The notes under the pieces were generated by a model. The model ran no database searches. It saw only the letters and a program-made list of their open reading frames with translations, and had not been told where the DNA came from. Shown piece by piece: positions 38,046 to 46,737 of a stretch of DNA of 64,000 nucleotides (the first letter of the stretch is position 1; every line of letters begins with the position of its first letter). Position numbers and translations under genes: made by a program. This DNA comes from Candidatus Delongbacteria bacterium (GTDB lineage Bacteria > CAIWAD01), in assembly GCA_963663545.1 (NCBI GenBank), contig OY760505.1, forward strand, positions 1,632,001 to 1,696,000, given 5' to 3'.

Positions 38046-39091
38046 GGTGTCACCCCCATGAGTCGGGTTGTCATTTCGGCGAAGCTCTCTCCCGGCGGGA
38101 GGCTCTTCGCGGGTTTCATGGCCACACGGATCTGGTCGAAGTTGGCCACGACCCTGGCCAGCGGCATTTTCAGGCTGCCGTAGCCGGTGAAGCTGCCGGA
38201 ACGGGACTGGTCCGAGAAAGCCCATTCGCAGGCCTCGACGATCTCGTCCGGCGGGATCTCGTCACGCAGAAGCAGCTGCGTTTCCTGCGCCCAGTGGGTC
38301 GGCATCATGCCGGTTCGTGCCAGTCGGCTGCCGGGTTGCAGGCGGGTGAAAATCTGCCAGCAGCGCTCGGCAAGTTCCCAGGCGGCGGGGTCCGGGTCGG
38401 TTCCGGTGCTGAGGGTGTGTCCCCCAAGGGGCGAGGACCGACCGCCTCGCGCGCACGCGCGGGGTTGGCTGGTTGGCTGGCTGGCTGGTAGGCTGGCTGG
38501 GAGGCTGGGAGGGCTATTGGCAAACGCATTAACAAAATCACCCTTTTCGGCGTTTGCCATCGGTTTGCCATGCCCGTTGCTATCCGGTGTGCTATCCGTT
38601 TGCCATTCGTTTGCTATCGCGGTGCTTTCCGTAAGCTCTAGTTCTTCCTGAGCTTGAGCCATGCTTTTGCTATCCGCTTTGCTACCGGCCTGCTTCGCGT
38701 CTGCTTCCTCGTTGCCAGATGGCAAATGACCCCACCTTTTCGCGGCACCGCGCTTACCGGCGTCGCTGCGGATCTTCGTCTTGTAGGCGTGCGGCTGATG
38801 ATCGCGCCAGTCATGGACGGCGAAGCCCTCCGGCGTCTCGTCCAGATAGCCGACTTCCACCAGGCTGCGCACCAGTAGCTCGGGTGTACCGCCCCAGTCC
38901 ACGAGCAGCTCGATGTCCTCGATGGTGTAGCCGGGCAGCTGTCCGTCCGGGTTGGTCTTGCGGACTTCGGTCCAGAGCTGGATGAAGCGGAAGGCCGCCT
39001 CGTAGCCAGCACGGCGTATCAACTTCTTGGTTTTCACGTGCGAGAAGAATCCGCTGTAGACTCGAACATCCACGTCTGTCAGGTCGGCCAT
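38042..39091 (-). CDS. phage replication initiator (replisome-organiser-like)
   Basis: FFSHVKTKKL...LW...LVEVGYLD...VHDW.DHQ N-terminus; internal repeat-rich linker. Confidence 0.7.
   Translation of the reverse strand: MADLTDVDVRVYSGFFSHVKTKKLIRRAGYEAAFRFIQLWTEVRKTNPDGQLPGYTIEDIELLVDWGGTPELLVRSLVEVGYLDETPEGFAVHDWRDHQPHAYKTKIRSDAGKRGAAKRWGHLPSGNEEADAKQAGSKADSKSMAQAQEELELTESTAIANEWQTDSTPDSNGHGKPMANAEKGDFVNAFANSPPSLPASLPASQPTSQPRACARGGRSSPLGGHTLSTGTDPDPAAWELAERCWQIFTRLQPGSRLARTGMMPTHWAQETQLLLRDEIPPDEIVEACEWAFSDQSRSGSFTGYGSLKMPLARVVANFDQIRVAMKPAKSLPPGESFAEMTTRLMGVTP
38552..38690. repeat. iteron-like repeats (probable phage origin)
   Basis: TTGCYAT-like units at 11-12 bp spacing inside the initiator gene. 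Confidence 0.6.
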
Positions 39092-39139
39092 GCCGGTGCT
39101 CCGCTCGTTAAGTGAGAGGGCGATGATCCGCAGGGATCA

Positions 39140-39379
39140 CTATTCCCCCGTGTATTCAGGTGCCGGTTGGTTCAGGGGCGTTGCCGCCCCTGTTCGATAA
39201 GCTTCCTCGTCGATCGTGGAGACACGCGCCAGCTCGGACAGGCCGAAGCCTTCTGCATCACGGTTGAGCAGCTCAGCGGTCCTCGTAGCCTCTTCCAGCG
39301 TCATCTCCTCGCAGTGGCGCCCGCTGGCCCTCTCAGACCAGATCACAAAGGCGCGGTCAGTGGGTAGAATGGTCTTCAT
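39140..39379 (-). CDS. hypothetical phage protein
   Basis: ATGA-coupled small ORF. Confidence 0.55.
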   Translation of the reverse strand: MKTILPTDRAFVIWSERASGRHCEEMTLEEATRTAELLNRDAEGFGLSELARVSTIDEEAYRTGAATPLNQPAPEYTGE

Positions 39380-39558
39380 GCGTTCCTCTTGATCTCACCG
39401 ACCAGATGGCCAGCGTGATCCTTGATGACGACCTTCTTCGCTTCGTGCCAAACCTTCAGGAGCGCACGGGCCTTCTCGCGCAGCTCCTGCGCGCTGTCTA
39501 CCTGGACGACGCTCTGCACGCGCATGCTGCCGAAGTTCAGTTCGAGAGTGTGATACAT
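39376..39558 (-). CDS. hypothetical phage protein
   Basis: Coupled small ORF with GGAG RBS. Confidence 0.55.
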   Translation of the reverse strand: MYHTLELNFGSMRVQSVVQVDSAQELREKARALLKVWHEAKKVVIKDHAGHLVGEIKRNA

Positions 39559-40085
39559 CAGGCAGCTCCTTCCAGCTGTCGGCTTATTCCGATGACCTGG
39601 GTTGGTGCGATTCCCTTGGACATCAGCATCGCCTGGTAGTCTTCTCGTGTTGGTCGGGAGGGGTTCTCTTTTGCGTCCGCAGGAAAGATGTTGTTGGCCA
39701 TGATGTAAGCCGTCACGGCACGCTCCATCGCCTTCTCCAAGGCAACGCGGTGCGCATCGAACAGGAACTTGATCTCCACGGCTTCAGCATCCGTACAGTC
39801 AACACCAGAAAGGGTGTGTCGTCCACGGCCAGCTGTGTGCGTCCAGGTTCCGCTGTAAGACTTCCCGAGAACAGCGTAGGCGAGCTGGTTAAGCAGCTTT
39901 CGCTCTGCACCGCCACGCTTGTGCGTAAACCAGTGAGTCGTCCGCTCTGCGGGCTTCTCCAGATCCGCCAGCGTCAGCCCCGCCTTGGCGAGCTCACGCT
40001 CCAGCAGCCGCTGCGCACTGTCCCGCTCCGCGCCTTCTCCCAGCTTGGCCATAGCCAGCAGCTTGTTCAGTCGGTCCAGGCTCAT
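39558..40085 (-). CDS. DUF2786-like phage protein
   Basis: L.KLLAMA..G.GAE..SA...L...LAK.GLT N-terminus. Confidence 0.6.
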   Translation of the reverse strand: MSLDRLNKLLAMAKLGEGAERDSAQRLLERELAKAGLTLADLEKPAERTTHWFTHKRGGAERKLLNQLAYAVLGKSYSGTWTHTAGRGRHTLSGVDCTDAEAVEIKFLFDAHRVALEKAMERAVTAYIMANNIFPADAKENPSRPTREDYQAMLMSKGIAPTQVIGISRQLEGAA

Positions 40086-40369
40086 CAGGCTGCCTCCTGT
40101 CTGGCTAGCAGCTCGCCTGTGAGGAACTGTTCAGGACGATAGCCAAGGAAGGTGGCCAGCCGGTTCAGCACGCGGACGCTGGTGCAGTGCTCGGGGTCAT
40201 CGAGAATGCTCTGCACGCTGCCGATGCCCACGTCAGCGCCTTCGGCCAGTCGGCCAATGCCGATGCCGGGCTTCTCGCCGTCGTGATACATTTGCATTGC
40301 CTTCCTGAGGCTGGCGCTAATGATGCCGTTCAGGCGGAGGGTCTCGTTATCCAGAATGCGCTTGCGCAT
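40085..40369 (-). CDS. XRE-like HTH protein
   Basis: LAEGADVGIGSVQSIL....TSVRVLNRLATFLG; AGGAG RBS before MRKR. Confidence 0.65.
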   Translation of the reverse strand: MRKRILDNETLRLNGIISASLRKAMQMYHDGEKPGIGIGRLAEGADVGIGSVQSILDDPEHCTSVRVLNRLATFLGYRPEQFLTGELLARQEAA

Positions 40370-40430
40370 GTCGTACTCCTTGAGAAATGGGGTAGCGGGC
40401 AGGGGCACCCGCCACCCCGCTGACGGGAAA

Positions 40431-41027
40431 CTAGAAGGGTAAGTCGTCGCCGTAGCCGTAGCCATTGTGTGGCGGCGGCACATCGTCGGTATGCGGCGGC
40501 AGTGTATCACGCACCGGCTCTGCAGGGTTCTGCGGATAGGCAGGCTGCTGGCGCTGCTGCTGGGGCGGGTGATATGCCGGAGGCCGTGCATCCGGGCTCA
40601 GGTTCAGGCGCTGGTTGAAGTAGGTGTTCGTGAACACCTGCCCGTCGTCGCGCTTATTCTGCTTGATGGTGATCTCGACGGCCACGCCGATGAACTGGCC
40701 ACGCCAGGCGTGGTCCGTGATGGCGTTGGGGTGCTGAAGCTGCACACCCAGCGCGTCCAGATCCCAGCCGAAGTATTTCCAGTGGTCGTCGGTAACAAGC
40801 AGACAGTGCTTCCAGGTCTTGCGGTTGGCGTGCTGGCCACTCAGGACGGTCAGCTCCCAGACGAACATCGGATCGCCCGTGCGCTTGGTGGCTTCCAGGC
40901 TCGCGCCCGTGATACGCACCTGGTAGGTGCCGGGAGGAAGCTCGCCCATCTGCGGTGCATCACCGCGGTTCTGGTATGCGTTCTGACGGTGGCTGAAATC
41001 CCAGCCGGATTGCTGTTGTTGATACAT
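40431..41027 (-). CDS. DUF669-like single-stranded DNA-binding protein
   Basis: LPPGTYQVRI...TKRTGDPM..W.L.V..G; acidic C-terminal DDLPF. Confidence 0.8.
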   Translation of the reverse strand: MYQQQQSGWDFSHRQNAYQNRGDAPQMGELPPGTYQVRITGASLEATKRTGDPMFVWELTVLSGQHANRKTWKHCLLVTDDHWKYFGWDLDALGVQLQHPNAITDHAWRGQFIGVAVEITIKQNKRDDGQVFTNTYFNQRLNLSPDARPPAYHPPQQQRQQPAYPQNPAEPVRDTLPPHTDDVPPPHNGYGYGDDLPF

Positions 41028-41036
41028 GCTTGTCTC

Positions 41037-41834
41037 CTACGCTGCCTGCTGAGGGGTCTGCGGGGCCTGCTGGGGCGCGGCTGTCTCGGTGGGCAGCTCC
41101 ATGCCCAGGATGCGCGCCTGCTCGATTTTGGCGTCCCTCCACGCCTTCTCAAGCGCGGGCCAGTTGAAGGGGATCGTGGGCACCATCAGACCGGTACGCT
41201 CGCCAGCTTCCCAGCCCGAAGAGGCTTTCGTGCGTGCTACGCGGTCGCAGGAAATCTCGCCGGTCTCGGTGTTGGTGATCTCTTCGAAGTCGCCGTAGAT
41301 GTAGACGTCCGCCAGTCCTGCCGCCACATCCAGCGCACCACCGGTCAGTGTCGGCACCATGCGCGGTACCGGACCCGTGGGCGTCTTCACTTCCTTGGTC
41401 TTGGCGTGGCTGGTCATGATGAGACCATACGGCAGGTTGGCGAGCTTGGTCAGCACGCGCAGGAACTCGGCCTTCACCATGCTCCAGCCCTTGCCGTAGC
41501 CAGCATCGCTGGGATGTGCGAAGCCGTACTTGCGGCAAGAGTAGTTCTCGCAGAACTGGTAGGCGTTGTCGATGGTGTCAATCACGATCGTGCGGAAGGG
41601 GTGGCCACCGGCTGCAATCAGCGCACAGGCTTCCAGCATTTCCTCCCAGCTGGAAATGGGTTGCTGATAGGAGGCCAGATGATTCAGGCCGGGCTCCGTG
41701 GCCAGAAAGAGCGCGTCGGGCGCCTGCGAAGCCCAGGTGGACTTGCCGAACTTGGGCGCGGCGTAGATGAGCACGGTCATGTCCCGCAGGCTCATCTTGG
41801 GCAGGGTCTTCTGGGTAGGTAAGGTAATCGGCAT
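41037..41834 (-). CDS. AAA ATPase / Sak4-like recombinase
   Basis: LIYAAPKFGKST, LFLATEPG, TIVIDTID, GYGKGW, SHAK. Confidence 0.85.
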   Translation of the reverse strand: MPITLPTQKTLPKMSLRDMTVLIYAAPKFGKSTWASQAPDALFLATEPGLNHLASYQQPISSWEEMLEACALIAAGGHPFRTIVIDTIDNAYQFCENYSCRKYGFAHPSDAGYGKGWSMVKAEFLRVLTKLANLPYGLIMTSHAKTKEVKTPTGPVPRMVPTLTGGALDVAAGLADVYIYGDFEEITNTETGEISCDRVARTKASSGWEAGERTGLMVPTIPFNWPALEKAWRDAKIEQARILGMELPTETAAPQQAPQTPQQAA

Positions 41835-41845
41835 CGGTCTCTCTC

Positions 41846-42835
41846 CTAGAATGCGGCTTCTTCTTCCAGCTCGCAGTGAGCGGCGCGGACCTTGAAGCGG
41901 TTGTCCATGATGTGCCGGGCTTCGTTGGTGCGGCAGGCTTCCCAGTAGCTGCACGGGAAGGGCGAGAAGCAGTGGCCGGTGTTGCGCGGGAAGAAGCCCT
42001 TCAGCTGCAGGTCGCGAACGCGCCTGGCGTCGATCCAGACCTCGCGGGCCAGCTTCGGGTACTGGCTGCGGTCGAGAAGCACCTCCTCGCGGTGGAAGAG
42101 GTTCTGCTCGGCGTAAGCGGCGATCAGGCGGGCGCGGAAGTCCTCATCCGACTCGGCCACCTTGCGCTTGATCTTGCCCGTCTTGCTGGCGGCCTTGCGT
42201 GCTTCGTACTCAGCATCGGTCTCGCCCTTGCCCTGCTGCAGGCGCTTCTTCACGATGATGTTGTAGATGACGCCGACGATCTCCTCGCCCAGCTCCTGTT
42301 CCAGCAGCATCGCGTAGAGATTGATCTGCGTATCCATCGGCAGCCGCTCGATGTAGTCGCCGGTGAGTGCGGAGGTGGTCTTGTGCTCCAGCAGGTACAG
42401 GCGGCCCTTGAAGCGAATCAGGCCGTCCACCTTGCCTTGCAGGTCGAACAGGCGGCTGGCGCGGCCCGTTTTCGGGTTAATCAGGGGCAGCTGGAATTTC
42501 CGCTCGACGTCCACGATTTCGAAGTCTTCGCTCGGGTACTGCTTCAGGTAGGCGGGAAAGACCGCGTGCGCCAGATGCCAGTGATCGCGGGCTTTCTCAT
42601 TCATCAGCCGGTCAGGAAACGAGCTGTCGATGATCTCGGCGACTTCCTCTTCGGGAAGCGGACCCTGACAGGTGGCCATGCGCAGGTAGTGCTTCTCGAG
42701 TAGGGTGTGGATCACGTGCCCGAAATGCAGGGTGATCTTCTCCTCGGCAGGGACAAGCTGCCTGAGGTAGCGCAACTCGTAGGCTTTCGGGCAGCCCCGA
42801 AACGCGGCGAGAGCGCTGTTGGTAAGGGTTTGCAT
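41846..42835 (-). CDS. PD-(D/E)XK exonuclease (RecB/Cas4-like)
   Basis: F.GCP..Y, FG.VIH, E.KF, GKVDG, EHKT, Q..LY, C-terminal C..C..C. Confidence 0.85.
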   Translation of the reverse strand: MQTLTNSALAAFRGCPKAYELRYLRQLVPAEEKITLHFGHVIHTLLEKHYLRMATCQGPLPEEEVAEIIDSSFPDRLMNEKARDHWHLAHAVFPAYLKQYPSEDFEIVDVERKFQLPLINPKTGRASRLFDLQGKVDGLIRFKGRLYLLEHKTTSALTGDYIERLPMDTQINLYAMLLEQELGEEIVGVIYNIIVKKRLQQGKGETDAEYEARKAASKTGKIKRKVAESDEDFRARLIAAYAEQNLFHREEVLLDRSQYPKLAREVWIDARRVRDLQLKGFFPRNTGHCFSPFPCSYWEACRTNEARHIMDNRFKVRAAHCELEEEAAF

Positions 42836-42852
42836 GGGAATCTCCTATTGGC

Positions 42853-43320
42853 TTACTGGTTGTCCTTGGCGGTGGCCATGAGCTCTTCGCGCAGCCCTTG
42901 CAGTAGTTGCAGGGCTTCCCCGCAGGTCTGCAGGGCGGCAACGCGCTCGGTGTTGGTCATGTCGGCGACGCGGTGCGTGTGGGTGTTGTCCAGAAGCTCG
43001 GCCAGCTTGCGGATGGCACCGACGCCCTCCTCGGTGATGAGGCCGTTCAGTTGGCAGGGCTCGCCGGTGATGAGGGCATCGCGCAGCAGATTGGCAACAC
43101 CCTGCATCTCGCTGTAGCCAAGCGCGACACCGGCGCGGATCAGGCCGAGTACCTCGTCCAGATGAAAGCGGTGGTTGTGCTGATCGCTGCAGCAGGTATA
43201 GATCCGGTCGCGGGAGATGCCAGCGGCCAGCGAAAGCTCGGTGGCACGGCCGTAGCGAGTGCGGATGGCCGAGATGAGCAGGCGCTCGATATTCGAGACG
43301 GCGGGGAAATCCACGTTCAT
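42853..43320 (-). CDS. CII-like/regulatory hypothetical protein
   Basis: HTH-like ELSLAAGISRDRIY followed by helical tail; early operon position. Confidence 0.45.
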   Translation of the reverse strand: MNVDFPAVSNIERLLISAIRTRYGRATELSLAAGISRDRIYTCCSDQHNHRFHLDEVLGLIRAGVALGYSEMQGVANLLRDALITGEPCQLNGLITEEGVGAIRKLAELLDNTHTHRVADMTNTERVAALQTCGEALQLLQGLREELMATAKDNQ

Positions 43321-43571
43321 TTCTGCGTTGTCCTTCCAGATCGGGGGTGCGAGGTTATGCGGCGCGAATACTTGGGATCAACACGGGGGTATACAGTGTC
43401 GGTCAGGCGCGGCAGATCAGCAGGACGGATTCCACGGGCGACCTTCTGTCCGCGGATCTTCACCAGCGGAATGCCTGCATTGCGGACGTTGCGGCGGACC
43501 GTGCCGACGGTGCAATCCAGCCGCTCGGCCAGCTCGGCCCACGGGATGAAGGGGCGGGGTTGGGTGGTCAT
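43317..43571 (-). CDS. winged-HTH, excisionase-like protein
   Basis: ELAERLDCTVGTVRRNVRNAGIPLVKI. Confidence 0.55.
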   Translation of the reverse strand: MTTQPRPFIPWAELAERLDCTVGTVRRNVRNAGIPLVKIRGQKVARGIRPADLPRLTDTVYPRVDPKYSRRITSHPRSGRTTQK

Positions 43572-43846
43572 GCGGCCCTCCGGCAGGTGCAGGCAGGTCG
43601 CAGAGCGTGTGCGCGATGTGCAGCGGTTTCCAAGGCGAAGCGTGCGGGCTTCACGGCCTTAGCGTGGGTGCGATGCGCTATGATCCGGTGACGTGCGAAG
43701 GCGCGGCGCGCAGAGCGCGGAGGCTTGGGGTCTGCCTCGAACTTCGCGCTGCCCAAAAGGGCGCAGAAGGCGGCGACGAGGGCCGCCGGAAGGATTAGAT
43801 GCATTGTGTATCCTCGGGCTACTGGGTGTGTGGAATTGCGCTTCAT
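43568..43846 (-). CDS. hypothetical protein
   Basis: ATGA-coupled at both ends; hydrophobic stretch and Arg-rich tail. Confidence 0.45.
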   Translation of the reverse strand: MKRNSTHPVARGYTMHLILPAALVAAFCALLGSAKFEADPKPPRSARRAFARHRIIAHRTHAKAVKPARFALETAAHRAHALRPACTCRRAA

Positions 43847-44085
43847 TTCTTCAGCGCCTTGCTGGCTAGTTCCTGCTCGAAGTGGCCTTCGCTGATGGTG
43901 AGAAGCAGTGCCTGTTGAAGCGCTGCCTTGAGATCAGTAGCGGCAGCGTCTTCGAACTGGCCAGCGGCCTGCAGGAAGAAATCATGGAAGCGATCCGAGT
44001 GCGCGAGCACCAGCTCTGCGTCCTTTGGGTGTATCATGTCCGCGACGTACCGGACCGTTTCCAGAAGGGACTTGGGTTCACTCAT
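43843..44085 (-). CDS. hypothetical phage early protein
   Basis: GGAGCAGGCAGCATGA junction. Confidence 0.6.
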   Translation of the reverse strand: MSEPKSLLETVRYVADMIHPKDAELVLAHSDRFHDFFLQAAGQFEDAAATDLKAALQQALLLTISEGHFEQELASKALKK

Positions 44086-44381
44086 GCTGCCTGCTCCCGC
44101 TTGGCGAGGGCCGTGCCCTGCTCAAGGCGATACATGAGTTCGTGTTCTGCGTAGGCCATGAAAAGAGCCGTGCTGATGACCTGGCGCGCCATGTATAGCT
44201 TGTCTGAGTCGGTCTCTGTGAGTTGACGCATGTACTGGCAGGCCCGATTCCGCAGCTCTTTGTTGTCCTTGAAGGCGAGGAGGATCTTGCTGGAAGCGCG
44301 ATCCAGAATGCCATCGATAGTGTTGCTAATGGACTGAGGCTGCTTCACTTCCGGTGTGGCCGTAGAGGCGCTCTTGCTCAT
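44082..44381 (-). CDS. hypothetical phage early protein
   Basis: GGAGCAGGCAGCATGA junction; start MSKSAS. Confidence 0.6.
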   Translation of the reverse strand: MSKSASTATPEVKQPQSISNTIDGILDRASSKILLAFKDNKELRNRACQYMRQLTETDSDKLYMARQVISTALFMAYAEHELMYRLEQGTALAKREQAA

Positions 44382-44710
44382 GCTGCCTGCTCCTTTCCCC
44401 CAGGCTCGACGCCTGCCAGGATCAGAGCGGCGCTGTTGAGAACGAGATTCGCGTCGGCATCGCTGCGGCCCTTGGCGATGGCGCAATTGATGGCGGATTG
44501 GATGATGGTGCGGACGTGTTCTCTGTGCTTACTGCCAATCAGGGTGTCGCCCTCAGGCAGCCAGGTACGCCAGCAGCGCGCGAAGTCGGTCTCAACGACC
44601 TGCCTGAAGACGCTGAATTGCTTCTCGAGCAGCTTGCGCTGTTCAGGGCTCAGGGCGCAGACAAGTTCGACCGTAACCTGCTGGGCTTCGGAAAGGAGAT
44701 CCTTGCTCAT
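44378..44710 (-). CDS. hypothetical phage early protein
   Basis: GGAGCAGGCAGCATGA junction. Confidence 0.6.
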   Translation of the reverse strand: MSKDLLSEAQQVTVELVCALSPEQRKLLEKQFSVFRQVVETDFARCWRTWLPEGDTLIGSKHREHVRTIIQSAINCAIAKGRSDADANLVLNSAALILAGVEPGGKEQAA

Positions 44711-44898
44711 GCTGCCTGCTCCTCGAGTTGATGGCTGTGGGTTTTGCGCTGGCGCTGGCGGTTCAGCTCTTCCAGCATCACGCGCTCGGCCAGCCGATGC
44801 AGCTTCTCTCCGCTGATGTCGGCTGCCAGCTCAGCAGCTTCCTTTCCTGCCGGGGTGATGCGAAGCATCTTGGAGTCGGGGCGTTGTTTCTTTCTCAC
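44707..44898 (-). CDS. small DNA-binding protein (ribbon-helix-helix-like)
   Basis: Strand-helix-helix pattern; C-terminus similar to the next gene. Confidence 0.5.
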   Translation of the reverse strand: MRKKQRPDSKMLRITPAGKEAAELAADISGEKLHRLAERVMLEELNRQRQRKTHSHQLEEQAA

Positions 44899-45068
44899 GC
44901 TGCCACCTCTTCGATTTGGTGGTTACTAGCAATACTGCGCTGCCGCTGGAGTTCTTCTTTCACGAGCCGTCCAAGCAGCCTCACTTGGGGGATCTCAGTG
45001 ATCTTGTTCAGCTCACGAAGCTCTTCCAGCGTCTCCGAGTAGATCTTCGTAGTGATAAGGTCTTTCAT
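44895..45068 (-). CDS. Cro-position small DNA-binding protein (ribbon-helix-helix-like)
   Basis: First gene divergent from the repressor; TTKIYSETLEELRELNKITEIPQVRLLGRLVKEEL. Confidence 0.55.
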   Translation of the reverse strand: MKDLITTKIYSETLEELRELNKITEIPQVRLLGRLVKEELQRQRSIASNHQIEEVAA

Positions 45069-45166
45069 GTTGTACGATCCTACACCAGTGATTCGCTGAA
45101 AAATGCCGGTCGCACATGTGCCCGGCTTCTGGTGTACGAATATACACCACATATCGGAATTGTCAA
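45068..45166 (-). promoter_or_regulatory. lysis/lysogeny switch: two 20-bp operators and leftward promoter
   Basis: TGGTGTA-CGAATA-TACACCA (45130-45149) and TGTTGTA-CGATCC-TACACCA (45068-45087); minus strand TTGACA-N16-TATATT. Confidence 0.7.
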
Positions 45167-45194
45167 GTACCGAGGCTATTTTTTACCCGGATAA

Positions 45195-45626
45195 GTGGAA
45201 AATACTACACCATCAAAGCTGACGGGCGACTTCCTTAGACAACAACGCAAACGCGCCGACATTTCTATTCGGACCGTTGCAAGGATTACCGGGAAGGACC
45301 ATGCCTACATCAGCCGCATCGAGCGCGGCCTGATTTCCCCGTCTCTTGATGTGTTGGCCGAAATCTGTTCCGCTATAGGCATTGAGACATGGGAAGCCGT
45401 GGCATGTAAAACTCGTGAACAGATGCTTGAGGAGTTTCGTGGTCAGTTTTCCCTGAACTCCACCGAGCTCTCCGGCCTCCTTGCTGCGGCCCAGGGCCGC
45501 GAACTGATCCAGTTGCTCACACAGCTTGCACAGATCGCCAATGAGCACGGGATCGAACAGCTTAAGAGTGTCCTCTCTGCCTATGAGCTGATGCGTCAGG
45601 CAGTAGAGGCACAGCAGAAGTCCTGA
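45195..45626 (+). CDS. CI-like XRE repressor (no S24 peptidase domain)
   Basis: LRQQRKRADISIRTVA......AYISRIERG...PSLDVL..I..AIG. Confidence 0.85.
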   Translation: MENTTPSKLTGDFLRQQRKRADISIRTVARITGKDHAYISRIERGLISPSLDVLAEICSAIGIETWEAVACKTREQMLEEFRGQFSLNSTELSGLLAAAQGRELIQLLTQLAQIANEHGIEQLKSVLSAYELMRQAVEAQQKS

Positions 45627-45876
45627 AACAAACGAGCCCACCTGGCTACGTGCCGTGGGCCTCATGAACCCTTCTCTTGTGGTGCGCTACGGGCGTCCTG
45701 CATGCTTTGCAGGTAGTTGACCCAGCAGGCGGTTTGGTAGGGGCATGTGAGGCAGGTCTGTATTTGGATGCCCTGCGAGAGCAGGAGTTCGAGTACGGTT
45801 GTGGGTTCGGGAAGTGTGTTGGTCATAGGTAGTCAGTCCCTCCGATGTCCTGCGGAATGTAGGGTGGGGGTGGGAC

Positions 45877-46590
45877 ATGAATCTTGAGGTCGTCTTGGTA
45901 CAGCCGTCGCATCCGGAAAGACACAGGTTCTCGGAGCTGAAAGCGAAGGTTTGTGCTAATCTGAAGCGAGATGTTGTCTTCTTTTTGCTGGGCGCACTTA
46001 CGTCCTTGATTGTTTCACATTGCTACTACAGCAAGAGCCAGCACTGGGCTGAGCGACAGGCATACATCTCTGGTCAATTCAAGCTCCCAGAGGCCATGCG
46101 CTTAGGCGAACTACAAATCGGTGGTTTACTGATCAGCATGGGCTCTAGTGTGGTTAGTTTCAATACTTCTGATCTGAAGTATGGATGCGATCAGGGCATT
46201 AAACTCTGGGGCATAATACGAGATCAGGACAGACGGAGCCTACTGAACCTAGATGGAGATCTGTTCACAGTAACCCCAAGCTACGATTGTGATGTGAACC
46301 GCGATAGCGAGGCCATCGAGGTAGTGAATTCGGAATTCCGGCCTATACTTCAGCTTTGGAAATCGAAGAGTAACACGTGGATGCTATTCTTCGTTTCCTA
46401 TACAAACGACACAGTTGCAACAGTTGTGAGCGATGGCTTCGCTGGAACAATGCATCCAGACGAGGCGACGAGGATACAGATGATGCGCAGGCGTATGTTT
46501 CAGTACCCTGGAGTAAAAAATCCAAGTATAAGAAGCGGCGAGAGTATTGATTACGATTTCGATTTCAAGCGATACTACGGAATTGAGTGA
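45877..46590 (+). CDS. single-TM hypothetical cargo protein
   Basis: TM segment VVFFLLGALTSLIVS; AT-richer; downstream of the repressor. Confidence 0.6.
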   Translation: MNLEVVLVQPSHPERHRFSELKAKVCANLKRDVVFFLLGALTSLIVSHCYYSKSQHWAERQAYISGQFKLPEAMRLGELQIGGLLISMGSSVVSFNTSDLKYGCDQGIKLWGIIRDQDRRSLLNLDGDLFTVTPSYDCDVNRDSEAIEVVNSEFRPILQLWKSKSNTWMLFFVSYTNDTVATVVSDGFAGTMHPDEATRIQMMRRRMFQYPGVKNPSIRSGESIDYDFDFKRYYGIE

Positions 46591-46737
46591 CGCATGAAGA
46601 GCCTTTCTCCCGCGGTCGGGACGATCTGTGGTGGGTGGGCAGTAAAGAGAGGATCCGCAAATGACAACACGCATTACTGTCGGCAAAAACGTTTACATCA
46701 AGTGCACAGAAGAAGTCCGGCAAGTTCTTTCTGGGCT

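Noticed and set aside
41846..42835. Cas4 as part of a CRISPR system
   Set aside because: It sits in the standard phage exonuclease-Sak4-SSB recombination module with no cas genes
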